Source of the DNA: the human T2T-CHM13v2.0 reference genome, Homo sapiens
Length of the DNA: 64,000 nucleotides
Assembly (NCBI RefSeq): GCF_009914755.1
Contig: NC_060926.1
Strand: one strand, 5' to 3'
Part shown: piece after piece, positions 1-21,101 of the stretch
Numbering within the stretch: the first letter of the stretch is position 1
How the letters are laid out: the number at the start of each line of letters is the position of its first letter
Notes under the pieces: generated by a model
The model's input: the letters and a program-made list of their open reading frames with translations, nothing else
What the model was told of the DNA's origin: nothing
The model's database searches: none
Position numbers and translations under genes: made by a program

Positions 1-198
1 AGTACAGTGATGTGAGAGTTCTTTATATAGTCGAGATACTAGTACTTTGTTGAATATGTAGTTTGCAAATATTTTCTCCCAGTCTGTAACTTGTCTTTCC
101 ATCTTCTTTACGAAGTTTTTTTGCAGAGCAAAAGTTTTAAATTTTAATAAAGTCCAATTTACCAATTTTTCATTTTATAGATTGGCTTTAGAAAGCTA

Positions 199-637
199 GG
201 CTGGGCACAGTGGCTCATGCCTGTAATCCCAGCACTTCAGGAGGTCAAGGCACTCCAGCCTGGGCAACGGAGAAAGACCCTATCTTACAAAGAAAAAAAC
301 AAAAAACAAAAGAATCTTTACCTCACTTTCAATTTTTTAATTTTTATTTATTTATTTTTGAGACAGAGTCTCCTCTGTTGCCCAGGTTGGAGTGCAGTGA
401 CACAATCTTGGCTCACTGCAGCCTTGACCTCCTGGGCTCAGGCAATCCTCCCACTTCAGCCTCCCCAGTAGCTGGGACTACAGGCACATGACACCATGCC
501 TGGCTAATTTTTGTATTTTTAATAAAGACTGGGTTTCACCATGTTGCCCAGGCTGGTCTTGAACTCCTGGGCCCATGTCATCTACCCTCTGGCCTCCCAA
601 AGTGCTGACATGACATGCATGAGCCACTGTGCCCGGC
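199..637. mobile_element. Two Alus (199-312 + fragment; 340-637 -)
   Basis: Alu consensus GGCTGGGCACAGTGGCTCATGCCTGTAATCCCAGC and its reverse complement. Confidence 0.9.
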
Positions 638-900
638 CCTCACCTTAGATCTTGCAGATTTTCTCCTAATTATTTTTCCTAAAAAGTTTTACTGTTTTAT
701 GCCTTACATTTAAGTCCATGGTCCATTTTAATTTTTGTATATTGTATAAGGTGTGAGACTCAGGTTCATTATTTTGTCTTTGAATGTCCAATTTACTCCA
801 GGACCATTGGTTGAAAATGCTGTCTTTTCTCCATTGAATTGCTTTTGCATATTTGTCAAAATTCAGATGGGTATATTGTGTGTGCCTATTTCTGGGTTCC

Positions 901-1041
901 TTCTATTCTATTCTATTCTATTCTATTCTATTCTATTCTATTCTATTCTATTCTATTCTTTCTATTCTATTCTATTCTATTCTATTCTATTCTATTCTAT
1001 TCTATTCTATTCTATTCTATTCTATTCTATTCTATTCTATT
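901..1041 (+). repeat. (TTCTA)n pentanucleotide microsatellite, ~28 units
   Basis: Seen directly; one interruption near 959. Confidence 0.98.
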
Positions 1042-1300
1042 CGTCTGTATCTCTATCCCTCTGCCAGTGCCACATGGTATTGATTGCTGTAGCTATATAA
1101 TTAAATCTTGAAATTGGGTAGACTGATTCTTCCCACTTTATTTTTCTTTTACAAAATTGTTTTAGCTATTCTAGGTCCTTTGCATTTCCATCTAAATTTT
1201 AAAACAATCTTGTCTATCTACAGGAAATCTTACTAGAATTTTGATAGGATTTGCATTAAACTTGTATATCAATTTGGGTGAGAATTGACATCTTTACTAA

Positions 1301-1752
<452 letters not shown>

Positions 1753-2917
1753 ATAAATCATTTTTAATTTTGGTGTTCACACGTTTATTGCCAGCATATA
1801 GAAATGCAATTGATTTTTGTGTTTATCTTATATTCTATAATCTTGCTGAACATACTTATTACTTCTAGGAGGGTTTTTGTTTTTTTTCTGTAGAGTCCTT
1901 AGGATTTTCTATGTAGACAGTCATGTCATCTGCAAATAGGAACAGTTTTATTTCTTCCATTCCAATCTGTATGCTTTCTTTCCTTTCCTTGCTTATTGCA
2001 TTGGCTAGGACTTCCAGCACTATGTTGAATGACAGTGATGAGACCGAACAACCTTGCCTTGCTCATGATATTAGGGGAGAAACATTGTTTTTCACTATGA
2101 AGTATAATGTTACTGGTGGGGTTTTTGTGATTTTTTTTTCAAGTTGAGGAAGTTCCCCTTTATTTGTAGTTTTCTGACAGTTCTTATCATAAATGGATGT
2201 TGAATTTTTTCTAATGCACTTTCTACATTAATTGATATGATCATGTAATTTTTATTCTTTGGGCTGTTTATATGGTGGATTATGTTGATTGATTTTTGAA
2301 TATTAAACCAGCCTTGCATCCCTGGAATAAGCCCCACTTGAATATTCTATTCAGTTTTGTACTAGAGATTCTGGCTAAGGCAATTAGTAAAGAAAAATAA
2401 AACGCATCCACATTGTAAAGGAAGAAATGAAACTATCTCTATTCACAGATGACACGATCCTATATATAGAAAATCCTAAGGAATACACTAAAAGTCTACT
2501 AGAAATAGAAAACCATTTCAGTGAGGTTGCAGAATATGTAATTGATATACAAAAATCATTTGCAGTTTTGCAATGAAAAATCCAAAAATGAAATCAAGAA
2601 GACAATTTCATTCACAATAGCATTAAAAAGAATAAAATACTTAGGGATAAATTTAACAAAAGAAGTGCAACTCATGTTAATCACAGCACTATTCACAATA
2701 GCAAAGACATGGAATCAACCTAGGTGCCCATCAATGGTGGATCGAAGAAAGAAAATGCGGTACATATACACAATGGAATACTATGCAGCCATAAAAAGAA
2801 TGAAATCGTGTGCTTTGCAGCAACATAGAGGCAGCTGGAGGCCATTATGCTAAGTGAATTAACACAGAAACCGAAAACCAAATACCATATGTTCTCGCTT
2901 TTAAGACTCTGGCTCCC

Positions 2918-3201
<284 letters not shown>

Positions 3202-3941
3202 TAGTTTAGCTCCCATTTTTTCATCCCTTGCACTCACCCTCCTCTCCCCTAGTAGTTCCTGGTGCTTATTGTTCTCATCAATAATCACCCATAGCATGGG
3301 TACCCATCGACACAAAGATAGGAATAGTAAGCACTGGGGATGACTAGAAAGGGGAAGAAGAGAGGGGGCAAGGGTTGAAAAACTACCCACTGGGTACTAT
3401 GCTCACTATCTGGGTGATGGGATCAGTTGTACCCCAAACCTCAACATCATGTAATATACCCATGTAACAAACCTGCACAGGTACATCCTGAACCTAAAAT
3501 AAAGGTTGAAATTTAAAAAAAAATAGAAGTACAAAACTTATGCTCTGAAAACTACAAAACATTGTTGAACAGAATTAAAGGAGATCTACAGAAATGAAAA
3601 AAAATTCCATGTTCTTGGATTACAAGATTTAACATTGTTAAGAAGGCAACGCTCTTGAAACTGATCTAAAGATTTAATGCAATTCCTATCAGAATCCCCA
3701 CTGACTTCTTCCTAGAAATTGACAAGTTTATTCTAAAATTCATATGGATTGCAAGGGACCCAGAATATTCGAATCAATCCTGAAAAAGGAGAATAAAGTT
3801 TGAAACTCACAATTCTTGATCTCAAATTTACTACAAATCAGTAGTTATCAAAACAGTGTGGTACTGGCACAAGGACAGACATATAGATGGATGGGAATGG
3901 AATTAACTGTCCAGAAATAAACCCTTACATCTATAGTCAAC

Positions 3942-4820
3942 TCTGTCGCCCAGGCTAGGGTGTAGTGGCTCAATCTCTGCTCACTGCAACCTCTGCCTCC
4001 CGGGTTCATGCTTTCTCCTGCCTCAGCCTCCCAGGTAGCTGGGATTACAGGTGCCCACCACTATGCCCTGCTAATTTTTGTATTTTTAGTAGAGACGGGT
4101 TTTGTCATGTTGGCTAGGCTGGTCTCGAACTCCTGACCTCAGGTGATCTGCTCTCCTCAGCCTCCCAAAGTGCTGGGGTTACAGGCGTGAGACACAGTGC
4201 CTGGCCGATATTCAATTGATTTTGACAGGATACCAAGACCATTCAGTGGGAAGGAATATTCTTTTCAACAAATAGTGCTGGGATGACTGGATAGCTACAG
4301 GCAAAACAATAAAGTTGAACCCTTATTTCATACCATATACAAAAATTAACTCAAAAAGGATGAAAAACCTAAATGTAAGAGCTAAAATTATAAAATTCTT
4401 CGAAGAAAACAAGGAAACAGGGATCTTCATGATCTTGGATTTGGCAGAGTTCTTAGATATGAGAACAAAAATATGAACAACAAAAGAAAAAATGGACAAA
4501 TTGGACTTCAAAATAAAAAACTTTTTTTTTTTCTTTTCAGACCGGGTCTCACTCTCTTGCCCAGGCTAGAGTAGAGTGGCGCAATCTCGGTTCACCACAG
4601 CCTCCGCCTCCAGGGCTCAAGTGATGCTCCGCCTCAGCCTCCCGAGTAGCTGGGACTACAGGCCCGCACCACTGCACCCAGGTAATTTTTCTATTTTTTT
4701 TGTAGAGATAGGTTTTCACCGTGTTGCCTAGGCTGGTCTCAAACTCCTGGGCTTAAGCAATCCTCCCACCCTGGCCTCTCAAAGTGCTGGGACTACAGGC
4801 ATGAGCCACCACACCTGGCC
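3942..4820 (-). mobile_element. Two Alus (3942-4207, 4522-4820)
   Basis: Alu consensus; the second is flanked by an aaaataaaaaa(a)ctttt duplication. Confidence 0.9.
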
Positions 4821-5599
4821 AAAATAAAAAAACTTTTGTGCTTTAAAGGGCAGCACGTGGATCTTATTGAAACATTCTTTTTCAGCTGGTTTCTTTGATA
4901 ATGCTCCAGGAGGAGGGTGGGGGCATGGGGCTGGACAGCACGTTACTGCTGGCTGGGGGTAGAAGTCCAGTTGGGTGCTGTACTCTTCGGGCCTACTTGG
5001 CCTCTGTTGGAGGTGCTCTTCATTACTTCTGGGTGGAGATGGGCATTCCAGGTCTTCACTAAGCCTCCACTGATGTCTCCCTGACAGGGAGGGCCTCACT
5101 CTGCTCCTGAGGGGGACCCCTCTGACATCACAGGGTTAGGGTGTGTCGCCTCCACCTCATGACTTTCTGAGTGGTTGTGAAAGTCCTGCGTCTCCACTAG
5201 GCTTCCTCTGGCACCACACTGGTGGTGGCAGGGTGGTGGTGGGTGGCACTGGGGCACCTCGTTATAGTCTGGCAAAGGTGGAAATCTAAGTTTCCTACTT
5301 GGCTTCCACTCAGGGGGATGGGTTGCGGCCACAGTTTTTTTCTGCCATGTTTGGCTCGAGTGTAGAAGTTACTGTCTAAAGGTTTTCTGTCTTACTAGGC
5401 TTCTCTTTTTCAGGTCCTTTGGCTAAGGAGAGCAGGCTTCTGTTGGAGCCGCCAGCTTCTTCAGCTCCAAGTGCAGTATAGATGAGATAGAAAGACAATC
5501 TAGAAGATGCATCGCTGTTCCTTGGGCCCTGAGTTTCCTAGCCAGTCTGCCTTCTCTCCACCTTTTAGAATCTTCATGTTTGTTTTCAAGTCGTAGACT

Positions 5600-5743
5600 C
5601 TTTTTTATTTATATTTATTTAAAAATTGAGAGAGTCTCACGATATTGTCCAGGCTGGTCTCAAACTCCTGGGCTCAAGTTATCTTCTCCGCCTCGGCTTC
5701 CCAAAGGGCTGGGATTACAGTCATGAACCACGGCTCTCAGCCC
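5600..5743 (-). mobile_element. Alu monomer (FLAM-like)
   Basis: Single arm; TSD caagtcgtagactctt/caagtcacagactctt. Confidence 0.85.
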
Positions 5744-5899
5744 AAGTCACAGACTCTTAAAACGTAAAAAGATCTTGGAGATGATGGGCTTAATCATTTC
5801 CTTTTAGAGTGGGAGAAAATGAAACCAAAGTTACAAAATAGTTGCAATATTGGGAGATTCCAGTGTTCAAAGCTCTTTTCAGTACATCATGTTGCCTCA

Positions 5900-6430
5900 A
5901 TCAGATGGTTTTGTTTCATTTTATTAGATGTGAACTCAAATTAATTGAGACTTTCCTCCAGATGCTCAAATTTAAGAAAAAAATTAGTATTAAATTTTGT
6001 CCAGTGAGCAATTAATCTTCATTTGTAAATTAAACTTAAGAATCATTTTTCAATTGCATAAGTTTGAATCAAAAAATTTTTAAATAAAAAGGTATTGAAC
6101 ATCTACTTTATGTAAAACAAAGGGCCAGTATACTTTGTAAAATGGACCATGTTACCAACCCACAGGTAATGTTCCATCTTAGAAATCTGTGACAGGCAAA
6201 AATGTCCCAGTTGTTTTTATTTAAAGACTAATTATTAACTTGATGCTGTTCTATTGGGAAACTTGTCTGTTTCTACATGGTGTTTTGTTTCTTCAATTTT
6301 CTACTAGAGTATTTGCCTTGTTTTAAATCCTTCATTGATGTATGACTCCACTGATACAACTGCCAATGGAAGGTGTTCATTTAACTTATTTAAATAGTTG
6401 GAACACAACTGAGTTGTCTGAGAGGATTTC
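5900..6430 (-). pseudogene. DSTYK-like fossil exon 12 (kinase C-lobe, probably terminal)
   Basis: Acceptor atttag|G completes the TGG codon from exon 11, followed by ~40 open codons (KSSQTTQLCSNYLNKLNEHLPLAVVSVESYINEGFK). Further on NNWDIFACHRFLRWNITCG matches subdomain IX (Asp codon 6204-6206). 3' end approximate. Confidence 0.65.
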
Positions 6431-7372
6431 CTAAATTGCTTCATAAACATGTTCAAAGGACTTATTTTTTTTCTTCTCAAGTATTAGGCAGATACCAAAT
6501 ATAAAGCTATATTGCTTAGTGTGTCAAAACTCCATGCTGTAATTAGTAACTTGTTTTCCTACTTGCAAGTTAAAAAGGTCTTTTAAAAGGCACAAATTCT
6601 AACAGCTCTAGGTAGCATTTATTTTTGTCAAAATGACATTAAAACACCTTTTTCTTTTGACAAAAGACCATAGTCACACATTATACAACAATCTGAAAAT
6701 ACTGACAAGCAAAAATGTTCTGAAAACATTTATAATTTCACCATTGGAGACTTAATAACTTGATGTACAGTTTTCCAGACCTTTTTCTAGGACATATGAA
6801 TCATATTATGTATGTAGATGAGTGTTTTAGTTGAAAAGACCCTCACTTTGTGCACTTTAACAGTATTTAGCACAGGATCTGGGGCTCTTAGGCTTTTTGG
6901 GAAGAAGGAAGCATTATTAAACATGAGATTACTTTCTGAGTTTGTGTTATTAATTGTTTTTTAATAATGTTAACATTTTAGATCTATGTAGGTGTAAGCT
7001 TTTAGACTATATTCATTTTGTACTATTGTACTTTGGGAGAAATAGGCTTTCAACCACAGGAAACAGTTCTGACAACTAGTTGAGGATACGAATGAAAGGA
7101 GGTGGCAGAGTGAGACTGATTTCTAAAGTAGTCATTGCTTAGGATTATTTCTTGGCTATTTACCATGTATAAGCACTAATATTTTATTCCATTAGCTATG
7201 ATCAAGAAGTTAAGTGTTTCTTAAGCCCTCCAAGGATTTTCTTTTTTAAAAATTAGTATTTATTTACCTGATTATTAAAAAATGCTAATCATAGACAATG
7301 TGAAAAAATGTTGAAGTATAAAGAAAATTTAAGTGGCCCATAATCCTACTATTCAGCAATAACCACAATTAA

Positions 7373-8157
<785 letters not shown>

Positions 8158-8332
8158 AAGAAAATATTTTTTAGGAAAACATAAGGTTGTGCAGAATTCC
8201 TAACAGTGAAATTCAATTAGTAACATCCTATTTTGAGGCCTTGTGGAGTTTATCGTTATAAGGGGGGCTGTTAAATTGACCAACAGAAACATATGTGTAT
8301 CGGGCCAGGGTGGCAACTATCATCAGTTTAAC

Positions 8333-8487
8333 CATTCTATGAAAGCCAGTTTGCCACTTGTGAGAAAAACTGAGTTATGCTGTATCCTGTTTCTACATAT
8401 GTATGGACAATCATGATTGTTCAGAATACCAATTTTATGAATTTTTGATTCACAAAATTTCATTAAAGCCTTAAATTCAAGATGTTT
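8333..8487 (-). pseudogene. DSTYK-like fossil exon 11 (kinase subdomains VIa-VII)
   Basis: 155 bp, fully open, phase 0-2 and compatible with both neighbours. Reads KHLEFKALMKFCESKIHKIGILNNHDCPYICRNRIQHNSVFLTSGKLAFIEW (cf. [32 protein letters not shown]). Confidence 0.75.
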
Positions 8488-8790
8488 CTGAAACTGGTAA
8501 AACTTCAAAATGGAACATTATAAAATGAAACAGTTGTCAGTATACTGTCTTTAAACAGTCAAACACAGCCTTGGTATAATTGAAAATAAAAACTTGTAAG
8601 TTCTGCTGCGCAGCTGGTAATCACTATCCTTAGTACCACACATAGTATATTATACAATCCTTAGTAACACACATAGTATATTATACATACAAAGGTGACT
8701 TTTGTGCATACCCAATAGCAAAAGTGTCTGATCCGTTCAGTGCCCTGCACTTTGAAGATATTTTTGTTAGATAGGTGTGGTATCACATAC

Positions 8791-8945
8791 TTCCAATGTT
8801 GTTTCCAATTCTGTGTATGCTTGTTCCAAGACAGACTTTCATGACCCTAACCCATGGTAGCTTCCTGCTTGATATTTATATACATCTGTACTGAAGTTTG
8901 GAAAGGTCACTTGAATGAACAATGCTTGACAGTGGTGTCACCAAC
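8791..8945 (-). pseudogene. DSTYK-like fossil exon 10 (kinase subdomains ~III-V)
   Basis: 155 bp ending GAA|GTATGT. Reads W*HHCQALFIQVTFPNFSTDVYKYQAGSYHGLGS*KSVLEQAYTELETTLE (cf. [26 protein letters not shown]). Confidence 0.75.
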
Positions 8946-8974
8946 CTTTCAATATGTATGTTAATTATAAATAA

Positions 8975-9304
<330 letters not shown>

Positions 9305-9599
9305 TGAAATCATAATGTGGTTTCTTTGACGAGTTTTATAACATCACTCATTCTGCATGATTTTAAAAAATCAGCTTTACTGGGTTATGATTTACATTAA
9401 ATGTACCCATTTACCTGTACAGTTTGATACACTTGAATAAATGTACACACCTGCATTCTGTATGATTTGGGGGAGACAGGTGACCTGAGTTCAATCCTAA
9501 ACTGATAATTTACTAATCATGTGACCTTGGGCAAATTACCTTAACTTCTGAAAGCCCTGGTAAAAATCCCACTTGATAATAAAATCGAGTCCAGGATAA

Positions 9600-10018
9600 T
9601 AAAATAAAAATCAAGTGGGAGTACTTTTCACTCTGTAACCAACTACTGCTGAATTATTCTTTTCCTTTTTTTGGACAGTCTCACCCTGTCACCCAGGCTG
9701 GAGTGCAGTGTTGTGATCTCTCCTGGGCTCAAGCGATCCTCCCGTCTCAGCCTCCCAAGTAGCTGGGATTACAGGCGTGCACCACCATGCCCAGCCTGAG
9801 ATAGCTTCTGTAATTATTCTAGCACAATGCTAAGCACTTGCAGCAGGTGAGTGGTTTGTTTCCTTTACACTCCCTACAAGAAATGTGAATGCAATGCTCT
9901 TCAGTTTTGGAGAACACAGGCAAACAACTGTATGTGCTAAATCATCTGACTTCATTTTGATCACAAGGGCTTCCACCAGCCAATGAATACTTGCTGTGAA
10001 TGCTGCCCGATGTCGGGC
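9600..10018 (-). pseudogene. DSTYK-like fossil exon 9 (end of helical region, start of kinase N-lobe; interrupted by an Alu fragment)
   Basis: Strong acceptor ctggttttcctcag|G. Open frame ARHRAAFTASIHWLVEALVIKMKSDDLAHTVVCLCSPKLKSIAF (cf. [45 protein letters not shown]). Possible VVGYRVKSTP (cf. PCALKSVVP) beyond the Alu. 3' end uncertain. Confidence 0.7.
9660..9796 (-). mobile_element. Alu fragment (old monomer-like)
   Basis: Partial Alu consensus with T-rich tail. Confidence 0.85.
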
Positions 10019-10449
10019 CTGAGGAAAACCAGACAGTGGCTTCATGTCATTTTTTAAATCATGTCTGATATATTTCATTGGAGCTTTTCCCCCCCAATAC
10101 CCAAAGAGATACCCAAAGAGAACTCTGAAAACACCAATACCCCAATTTCCTGCTTTGTGCCTGCATTTCTCTAAATATTTCCATCTGAACTTTGTCTGCG
10201 AGTATTAGGTCAGATGTCTACTGTAATTACCAGGCATCCTGGGGACTGTAATTAAAAGGCAGTTTGAAATGACTGACACTTTGATGGTGATTCTAGCCAT
10301 TTCTATTTTCTGACAACGAATCTTCCTCAAAAATTTTACTGCCCCCTCATGTCCTTGCTCCCTGATTTTTCTTCAGTTAGGCACTCCGTAATTCAGCAGC
10401 ATTCTTTTCTTTCCACAATTTATCTCCCTACTCCCCTTCTCATCACTTG

Positions 10450-11180
10450 GGTCCGGCCGGTGAGCAAGGAGGAAGAAACCCAAAGGGATCTTCAGGGTCC
10501 GCGCCCCGCAAAAGGTCTCACAGCAGAGACGTACAGGAGAGGTGACCCAACCCCCGGACCTGGATGGGGCCCTTATGGGAAAAACCCCGTGTTTGCTTCA
10601 GGCCATTCTATGCGGCATCCACGAGGTCTGTGGGCCAGCGGCACGGCGCGGCCCTGTCCCCCAAAAAGGAGGAGAGGCAGGAGGAAGAGGAAGTGGCCGT
10701 ACAGGCCGAAGCCTTGTGGAGCCTCAGTGCGGGGCTTGGCCAGGTCCTAGGGGGCGTGGCCTCGGAGGCGAAAGCGCAGGGCGGGGCCGAGGTGTAGGAA
10801 CCGGGAGGGGCCTCGTGGGGGGAGGAGACTCGTGGGGGCGGGGCCCAAGGGAGGCGGGGTGGGGCGGGGCCGCGGCCAGAGGAAGCCCCTCCCGGTTTCC
10901 CTTGACAGGGTCACCTGCCTGCAAGCCACCTGCGCTCCCCTTCCTCTCCCACAGCCTACATGACCAGTGTGGGTCGCCAGCCTGAGCGAGGGTGCTCAGG
11001 TGGTTTCTACTCTCATTTTCACTTTCCAGTGCCGCTGCCGACTTGGAGGGGAGAAAGGGGCGGGGCAAACCCTGGTTTCGCCCCCCCGCCCTCAGGCTGG
11101 CTGCCACGCGGGGGCGCAGGCAGGGGGTCTGCGCTGTGTGGGTAGGGGGTCTTCAGGGCTGCCCCTCCGCAGTGCCACCC
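10450..11180. promoter_or_regulatory. CpG island / GC-box promoter
   Basis: The only non-Alu CpG-dense stretch. ETS/GABPA-type GGAAGTGG at 10689-10696; multiple GGGCGGGG/GGGGCGTGGC SP/KLF boxes (~10752, 10779, 10835, 10861, 11057); G-run tract at 10848-10869. Confidence 0.85.
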
Positions 11181-11771
11181 TAAGCCAAGATTCCCACCCC
11201 TGAGGCAATCCAGGATGAAATGCACACTGGCTGGGGTCATGTTAAGTAACAGAAGTATTCCCAGGCCCCAGCTATCTAAAAATATTCTTCCAGCTTAACG
11301 GGTTAGTTGCCTTTTTTTTTTTTTTTTTTGTATTTTGTTTTTTCCTTTAAGTAGAAAACTGGACCCTGAGAAATACGTACGGCCAGGCTAACCTGTGAGC
11401 AGCAGGACATGGCACACCCTGGGAAGCGAAGACAAGGTTCTCCCTCCCTCCCAATTGCTCATATGTGACATGGGTCCTCTCTCAGCGGCTCCCTGCACAG
11501 GATTCTTTTTTCAGAGAGGCTATTCCATTTCTCTAGTTTTGTGACACCCTCTTCACTGAATTCCTTCACTTTAGCTTAAGTCTTGATTGTGTCACCTACC
11601 CCAATGCTAGTCTAAAGGACTAAAGAGAGTAAGCCTTTCGAGGAAAGAAAGAAAACTATATAATTGCTTTTTATGTATTCGGTTTAACCAGCCAACTTCT
11701 GTGCTACACGGTGGGAAAACAAAGACATATATGACACAGAAAAGTAACTATACTCCAGCATTATACATTTA

Positions 11772-13592
<1,821 letters not shown>

Positions 13593-14113
13593 CATTCCCT
13601 TAATTTTAAATTGGCAGCAAAGAGATTAGTTGAAAGATGGGGTGAAGGGGTAGAGAATTCCTTTTACTCAAATCATAAACATTACAGAAATAAAAAAAAC
13701 CCGGTCCTTTATAATTCCCACTCCAGGAAAGACCAATGTTGTCATATTGGCATATATTCTTCCAGGTTATGTATTCATAACTAACATTGTTTTCTATAGA
13801 AATGGAATCTCTCTCATATGCTGGAGGTAGTAGAGGAAAGTGGTGGAGTGTTCTGACTCTAGCAATCTGGTGTCACCTGAGCTGGAATGCAGGGTCCACC
13901 TCTTCCTAGTTCCATCACCTTGGGAGGTTATCTTCACCTCAGTTTCCCCTCTGCAAAATGGCACCGTATCTGTACCAATTGTCAATTGAGATTTTAAATG
14001 GCCAAGAGTAATTTTTGTACATGGGAAGGAACTCATAAAGCTGCTTGCATCTCTGTTGATATTTAATTTATTATGGCAGTAAATTTTAAGCCTAGTTGTT
14101 ATTAAGCATTTAA

Positions 14114-17692
<3,579 letters not shown>

Positions 17693-18002
17693 TAAAATTA
17701 CAAACGGTACTTCAATGAACATCTTTGTGCATGTATTTTTTTATACTTATGTGAGTGTTCTCATAGAATGTATTCCTAGAAGTAGAATTAGTAGGTCAAA
17801 GGGAAGGAATATTTTTAAATTTAATAGATACTAAAAAGCCTTCTAATACAGTTTTACCATTGTACATTTCTGCCTAGAGTGTATGAATACATATTTCCCC
17901 TGTGAGTTTGTAATTAAGTTAAACTCAATTGGAAACATATGTCAAATTCCATTTCTTTCAAGGAATGGTAGGACTTTCAGCAAATGAGTCTAATCTATTT
18001 AC

Positions 18003-18162
18003 TATCCTTTGATCACACATTCAAAACCAATCATTATGAATGTTAAAAGGAAACTGCATAACAGAACCATAGGGAAAATTAATGTCTTGACTTGCAGCTT
18101 GTCAGAGACAGATGTTTTCATAACTGAGTTCATTTCGGTCTCCAAAGTAAATAGGTTTTTTT
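18003..18162 (-). pseudogene. DSTYK-like fossil exon 7
   Basis: 160 bp, atttcttatttactag|...ATA|GTAAAT. Reads SYENICL*QAASQDINFPYGSVMQFPFNIHNDWF*MCDQRI (cf. [23 protein letters not shown]...EQIKQIIQRI). Confidence 0.7.
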
Positions 18163-18903
18163 CTAGTAAATAAGAAATCAATAAATATTTAATTAATAAA
18201 TGAAGGTTTAATGCTTTGGGGAACAACTTTGTATGGAACTCCTTCACAACATTGTGCAATATTTTCTCAGAATGGATTCCCAGAGATGATATTAGTGTGT
18301 CTAAAAGTACAAAACATTTTGGGCTCTTAATACAGATTGCCAAATTTCCCTCCAAAAAGTTATACCGTTTATACTTTCCTTGAGATTTGTCTGCCTGAAC
18401 TATCTTTTAAAAGCAAATTAATTTGATAGTTGAAAGTCACCTCTATTTTATTTACAAGTATTATTTACTAATGAGGTTGGACATTTTTGGTGCCTTTATT
18501 GCCAATTTGTTTTTCGTTTTATCTATTTGTTCTTAGCTCTGTTTTATAGTTGTGTAATACTATTTTTCTTATTGACTGTTAACTATGTACACATTAAGAA
18601 TATTACCCTTTTGACATATTTGTGACAGGTATGTTTTCCTAGGTTGTTTTGGTCATTGTTCTCTTTTCCTGCTGCTTTCTGGCCTATTACTATGCATTTT
18701 TCAGCATGTGCATTTGTTTTCTTTGTTGTCTTTTAGGTGATACTGTAGCTAACTTCAGTTTTCTTAGCCCCTATTTCTCCTCTCCTGTCCCACTTAGAAT
18801 TGCTGATAAAACTTTATTTACAATAAAATCAGGCAGCTGGCCCATAGGCCATAGTTTGTTGATTTGATTTTTCAAAATATTACATTAACATACCATTGAT
18901 CTT

Positions 18904-20295
<1,392 letters not shown>

Positions 20296-20324
20296 TTGTA
20301 TTTCTACAGGTAATTTACACTTAC

Positions 20325-20448
20325 CAGATATGTAAGCAGCAATTCTTTGGAAAAAAAAAATAAAACCAGGGGATTCTAGTAAATTCTCACTGGATACTGT
20401 TTAAATATGTTGGCCTAAATTGCCACTTATATTTAAGAGATATTTGCC
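20325..20448 (-). pseudogene. DSTYK-like fossil exon 6
   Basis: 124 bp, ttttgcatattaatcag|...CTG|GTAAGT. Reads GKYLLNISGNLGQHI*TVSSENLLESPGFIFFFQRIAAYIS (cf. [22 protein letters not shown]). Phase 0 start matches exon 5. Confidence 0.75.
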
Positions 20449-20519
20449 CTGATTAATATGCAAAAGAACAGTTGTCCTTCAGTCAAAATGCAGATTTGAA
20501 CTGCTTTATGGTAAAACAC

Positions 20520-21010
20520 TGTGTTAGTTTCCTGTCGCTGCTAGAACAAATTACCAGAAACTTAGTGACTTAAACACAACACAGACATATCATCTTACCG
20601 TTCTGGAGTCAGAAACCCAAAGCTGTCTTGCTAAGCTAAGATCAGGTTGTCAGTAGAGGGCTGCATGCCTTTCAAGAGGCTCTGGGGGTGAATCCATTTC
20701 CTTGCATTTCCCAGGTTCCAGAGGCTGCCTGCATTCCTTGGCTCAGGGTCTCTTCCTCTGGCATTCTTCTCCACCCTGACCCCTGCTTTTGTTGTCACAT
20801 CTCCCCAGACTCTGACCCTCCTGCCTCCCTCTTTCTCTTATAAGAACGCTTGTTATTACATTGGTCCCACCTGGAAGATCCAGGGTCATTTCCCCATCTC
20901 AAGATCTTTAACTTTCCCATCTGCAAACTCCCTTTTGCCATGTAAGGTAACATATTCACAGATTTCAGGAATTAGAACATGAACATCTTCAAACAGTCAT
21001 TATTCTGTCT
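20520..21010. mobile_element. MLT1-type MaLR solo LTR
   Basis: tgtgttagtttcct...aacaaattacca..aacttagtg, gccatgtaaggtaacatattcacag and ggaattagaacatg motifs typical of MLT1. Confidence 0.8.
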
Positions 21011-21101
21011 GTTGTGGACCCTATTTCTGAAATTTCTAATAATGAAACCAAAGTTGGCATTATATCTCTGCAAAGGGATGGAGAAAGCATTCTTATTTCA
21101 C

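Noticed and set aside
6300-6370. VSVESYINEGF resembles the alpha-kinase motif SVEPYILGEF
   Set aside because: Spacing to the other alpha-kinase motifs is wrong, and the flanking exons fit a conventional DSTYK-type kinase.
10349-11240. Overlapping GC-rich ORFs on both strands
   Set aside because: Expected in a CpG island because stop codons are scarce; low-complexity Gly/Arg/Pro products.
18003-18162. Fully open alternative frame with a transmembrane-like stretch (TLIFPMVLLCSFLLTFIMIGF)
   Set aside because: The stop-containing frame aligns with DSTYK; the hydrophobicity reflects T-rich sequence.
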